A DNA stretch of 64,000 nt from Candidatus Falkowbacteria bacterium (GTDB taxonomy: Bacteria; Patescibacteriota; Patescibacteriia; UBA11705): positions 201,631-265,630 of the forward strand of contig DOZJ01000006.1 of the NCBI GenBank assembly GCA_003518055.1, in the 5' to 3' direction. Numbering within the stretch: position 1 is the stretch's first letter; each line of letters starts with the position of its first letter. A model generated the notes under the pieces. The model was given only the letters and a program-made list of their open reading frames with translations, had not been told where the DNA came from and made no database searches. Below, in pieces: positions 62,122-64,000 of the stretch. Made by a program: the position numbers and the translations under genes.

Positions 62122-62619
62122 ATGAATCCATTGGATTACATCCTTCTTGGCACAATGATTTTATTTTTGCTTTGGGGGGCTAAAAAAGGTTTTTTGCAGG
62201 CGGTTGGCAGTATTGTCGGAATTGTTATTGCCACGGTGGTCGCGGGTCAATTTTACGAATGGCTGGCCGAGTTTTTTGGTCAGTCCAATTTGTCGCTATT
62301 TATTGCGTTTATAGTCTTGTTTTCAGTCGTGCTGAAAATCGTTGGTTTGGTATTCTGGGGTTTGGGCAAGGTGTTTCAACTGATTTCTCTCGTGCCGTTT
62401 TTGCGGACTTTTGATCGTGTCCTTGGTTCGGTTTTGGGGTTGGTCTCCGGAATTTTATCTTTGGCAGTTGTGGTTTATTTTACCAACAAATTTCCTTTTA
62501 ATGACTGGGTGGCACTGCAATTAAAAGATTCTGTGGTTGCTCCGGTATTGCTTATGGTTTCGTATATCTTTTTACCGTTAATGCCGGAGGCGCTGAAAAG
62601 GATGAAGGCAGTAATTTAG
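62122..62619 (+). CDS. cvpA: CvpA family membrane protein (colicin V production protein-like)
   Basis: 165 aa with 4 TM helices. The N-terminal DYILLGTMILFLLWGAKKGFL is typical of CvpA. Confidence 0.7.
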   Translation: MNPLDYILLGTMILFLLWGAKKGFLQAVGSIVGIVIATVVAGQFYEWLAEFFGQSNLSLFIAFIVLFSVVLKIVGLVFWGLGKVFQLISLVPFLRTFDRVLGSVLGLVSGILSLAVVVYFTNKFPFNDWVALQLKDSVVAPVLLMVSYIFLPLMPEALKRMKAVI

Positions 62620-62675
62620 TGTGTTGGTTAACTAGTTAATTAGTTAACTGGTTAATTTATTTTATAATTTATAAT

Positions 62676-63518
62676 ATGCTTTTCGACACCCATGCCCATG
62701 TAAATTTTAATGACTTCAAAGATGATCATGAAGATGTTTTGACGCGGGCTAGAGAAAAAAATGTCGTGATGATTAATGTTGGTTCTCAGATATCCACAAG
62801 TGAACGTGCGGCGGAAATGGCGGTGAAGTATGCAAAAACATTTGCCGCGGTCGGTTTGCATCCAATTCATTTGCAGTCATTTGAGGTCAAAGAAGAGGGT
62901 TTGACGTTTATGTCTCGCGCCGAGGATTTTGATGTCGAAGCATATGCCCTGCTCGCGGCCAAGGATCAGGTGGTGGCAATTGGCGAGTGTGGGTTGGATT
63001 ATTACCATATTGATTTGAATGGTGATCTTGATTTGATTAAACAAAAGCAAAAACAAGTATTAAATCTGCAAATTGATTTGGCGAACCAGCACGAATTGCC
63101 GCTGATATTGCATTGCCGCGGCAGCAAAATGAATCCCCAAGACGCTTATAAAGATTTACTGCGGGAATTGAAAAAAAATTTACCGCGCAAGCGAGGTGTG
63201 CTTCATTGTTTTGGTTCGAATTGGGAAGTGGCACAAGAGTTTTTGGAATTGGGTTTTTATCTCGGATTCACCGGCGTGATTACATTTGATAAAACCGGAA
63301 ATTTGGCTGAGGTAGTCCGCAATGTGCCTGAGGCGCAAATGCTGGTTGAAACCGATTGTCCGTATTTGACGCCTGATCCATATCGAGGCAAAAGAAATGA
63401 ACCCATATATGTGGAGTATGTAGTCAAAAAAATAGCTGAATTACGTAATTTATCTTTTGAACAAGCGGCGGAGATAACCACGCGTAATGCGAAGAATTTA
63501 TTTAATGTTGTGGTCTAA
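62676..63518 (+). CDS. tatD: TatD family metal-dependent hydrolase/DNase
   Basis: 280 aa with FDTHAHV at the N-terminus, plus conserved His and Asp metal ligands (IGECGLDY, LHCR, VETDCPY). Confidence 0.85.
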   Translation: MLFDTHAHVNFNDFKDDHEDVLTRAREKNVVMINVGSQISTSERAAEMAVKYAKTFAAVGLHPIHLQSFEVKEEGLTFMSRAEDFDVEAYALLAAKDQVVAIGECGLDYYHIDLNGDLDLIKQKQKQVLNLQIDLANQHELPLILHCRGSKMNPQDAYKDLLRELKKNLPRKRGVLHCFGSNWEVAQEFLELGFYLGFTGVITFDKTGNLAEVVRNVPEAQMLVETDCPYLTPDPYRGKRNEPIYVEYVVKKIAELRNLSFEQAAEITTRNAKNLFNVVV

Positions 63519-63618
63519 TTTTGAGTTAAATTAAATAAAAAGTAGCCATTGTGGTTGACTTTTTTTATATTTTGTTATATAATCGATTGTTGCGTTCCAC
63601 TCACGCGGGAGGATGAAG

Positions 63619-64000
63619 ATGGCTAATGTTGTTGGAATTTTGTTTTTTCTGGTAATTATCATCACTCCTTTGGTAGTGTTTTTCCGGATCGTTTGGTGGA
63701 TTGGGCGGATAACTATCGGATCAAAAATGTTTTCGCATACGGGATGTTTGGTTGGCTATCATTTGGTTCGGCCGATCGGTGATGATTTGGAAGGAGACTA
63801 TTTTCTGCGACGAACGATTTATTTGTATCTCCAGAAGGGCAAAGACAAGCAAAAGGTGCGGTTGGGGACTTTCTTTTGGGATAATGTTCCATCTTTGGAG
63901 CTTCAAAAATTGCTTGGCGAGAATGTCCAAGTTCACGTACCCGGTGTCGGCGCGAAGATTTTTTCGAATCAAAAACCGATGATTTCGCTTGCATCTGCAG
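63619..64000 (+). CDS. hypothetical membrane protein (5' partial; runs off the end of the window)
   Basis: A GGGAGG RBS 7 nt before the ATG at 63619. More than 127 codons are open to the window end, and the N-terminus carries a TM helix. Not in the ORF track because no stop lies within the window. Confidence 0.45.
   Translation, partial: MANVVGILFFLVIIITPLVVFFRIVWWIGRITIGSKMFSHTGCLVGYHLVRPIGDDLEGDYFLRRTIYLYLQKGKDKQKVRLGTFFWDNVPSLELQKLLGENVQVHVPGVGAKIFSNQKPMISLASA

Noticed and set aside
1-64000. Alternative genetic code (UGA as sense, as in some CPR lineages)
   Set aside because: Well-conserved genes (mraZ, rsmH, eno, pgk) terminate at TGA at the expected protein length, and no in-frame TGA is needed for any recognised gene.

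Overview
The window is low-GC (~40%) bacterial DNA in standard genetic code (TGA is used as a stop), densely packed with short genes. Its profile fits a small-genome organism, possibly CPR/Patescibacteria-like; this is inference from gene content only. Confidently recognised housekeeping genes are mraZ-rsmH-ftsL (dcw fragment), ftsI and murF, tgt, lexA and dinB, pgk, eno and two tandem gpmI, mutM, uppP, manC, mltG, rdgB, rsmI, metG, cvpA, tatD and tRNA-Glu(CUC). Accessory content is unusually rich. (1) At 25.2-37.7 kb there is a cassette-like expansion of four paralogous lipoproteins (conserved N-terminal helical domain plus variable PD40/TolB-like beta-propeller or Cys-rich C-termini), each with its own promoter and terminator, plus paralogous membrane proteins, one of them decayed. 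(2) Three compositional islands (~65% GC) are each driven by the same near-consensus promoter module. One sits next to tRNA-Glu and one forms the leader of an orphan DNA methyltransferase. (3) A 50-aa ORF with a good RBS between rsmH and ftsL matches the C-terminal glycyl-radical motif of anaerobic ribonucleotide reductase NrdD, with no catalytic core nearby. (4) At least four dispersed short-repeat families are present. A ~55-bp element surrounds a YhbQ-like GIY-YIG gene and has solo copies. A perfect 20-bp palindrome recurs at four sites. An inverted-repeat pair flanks a four-helix-bundle (IVS-type) protein gene. GTTACAAAAGGTTACAAAA repeats flank a GxxExxY gene and also occur in-frame inside tgt. 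Other notable points are a Tgt lacking its zinc-binding cysteines, three tandem small membrane proteins beside the lexA-dinB module, and a GTGGGGAAAT x2 MraZ operator.
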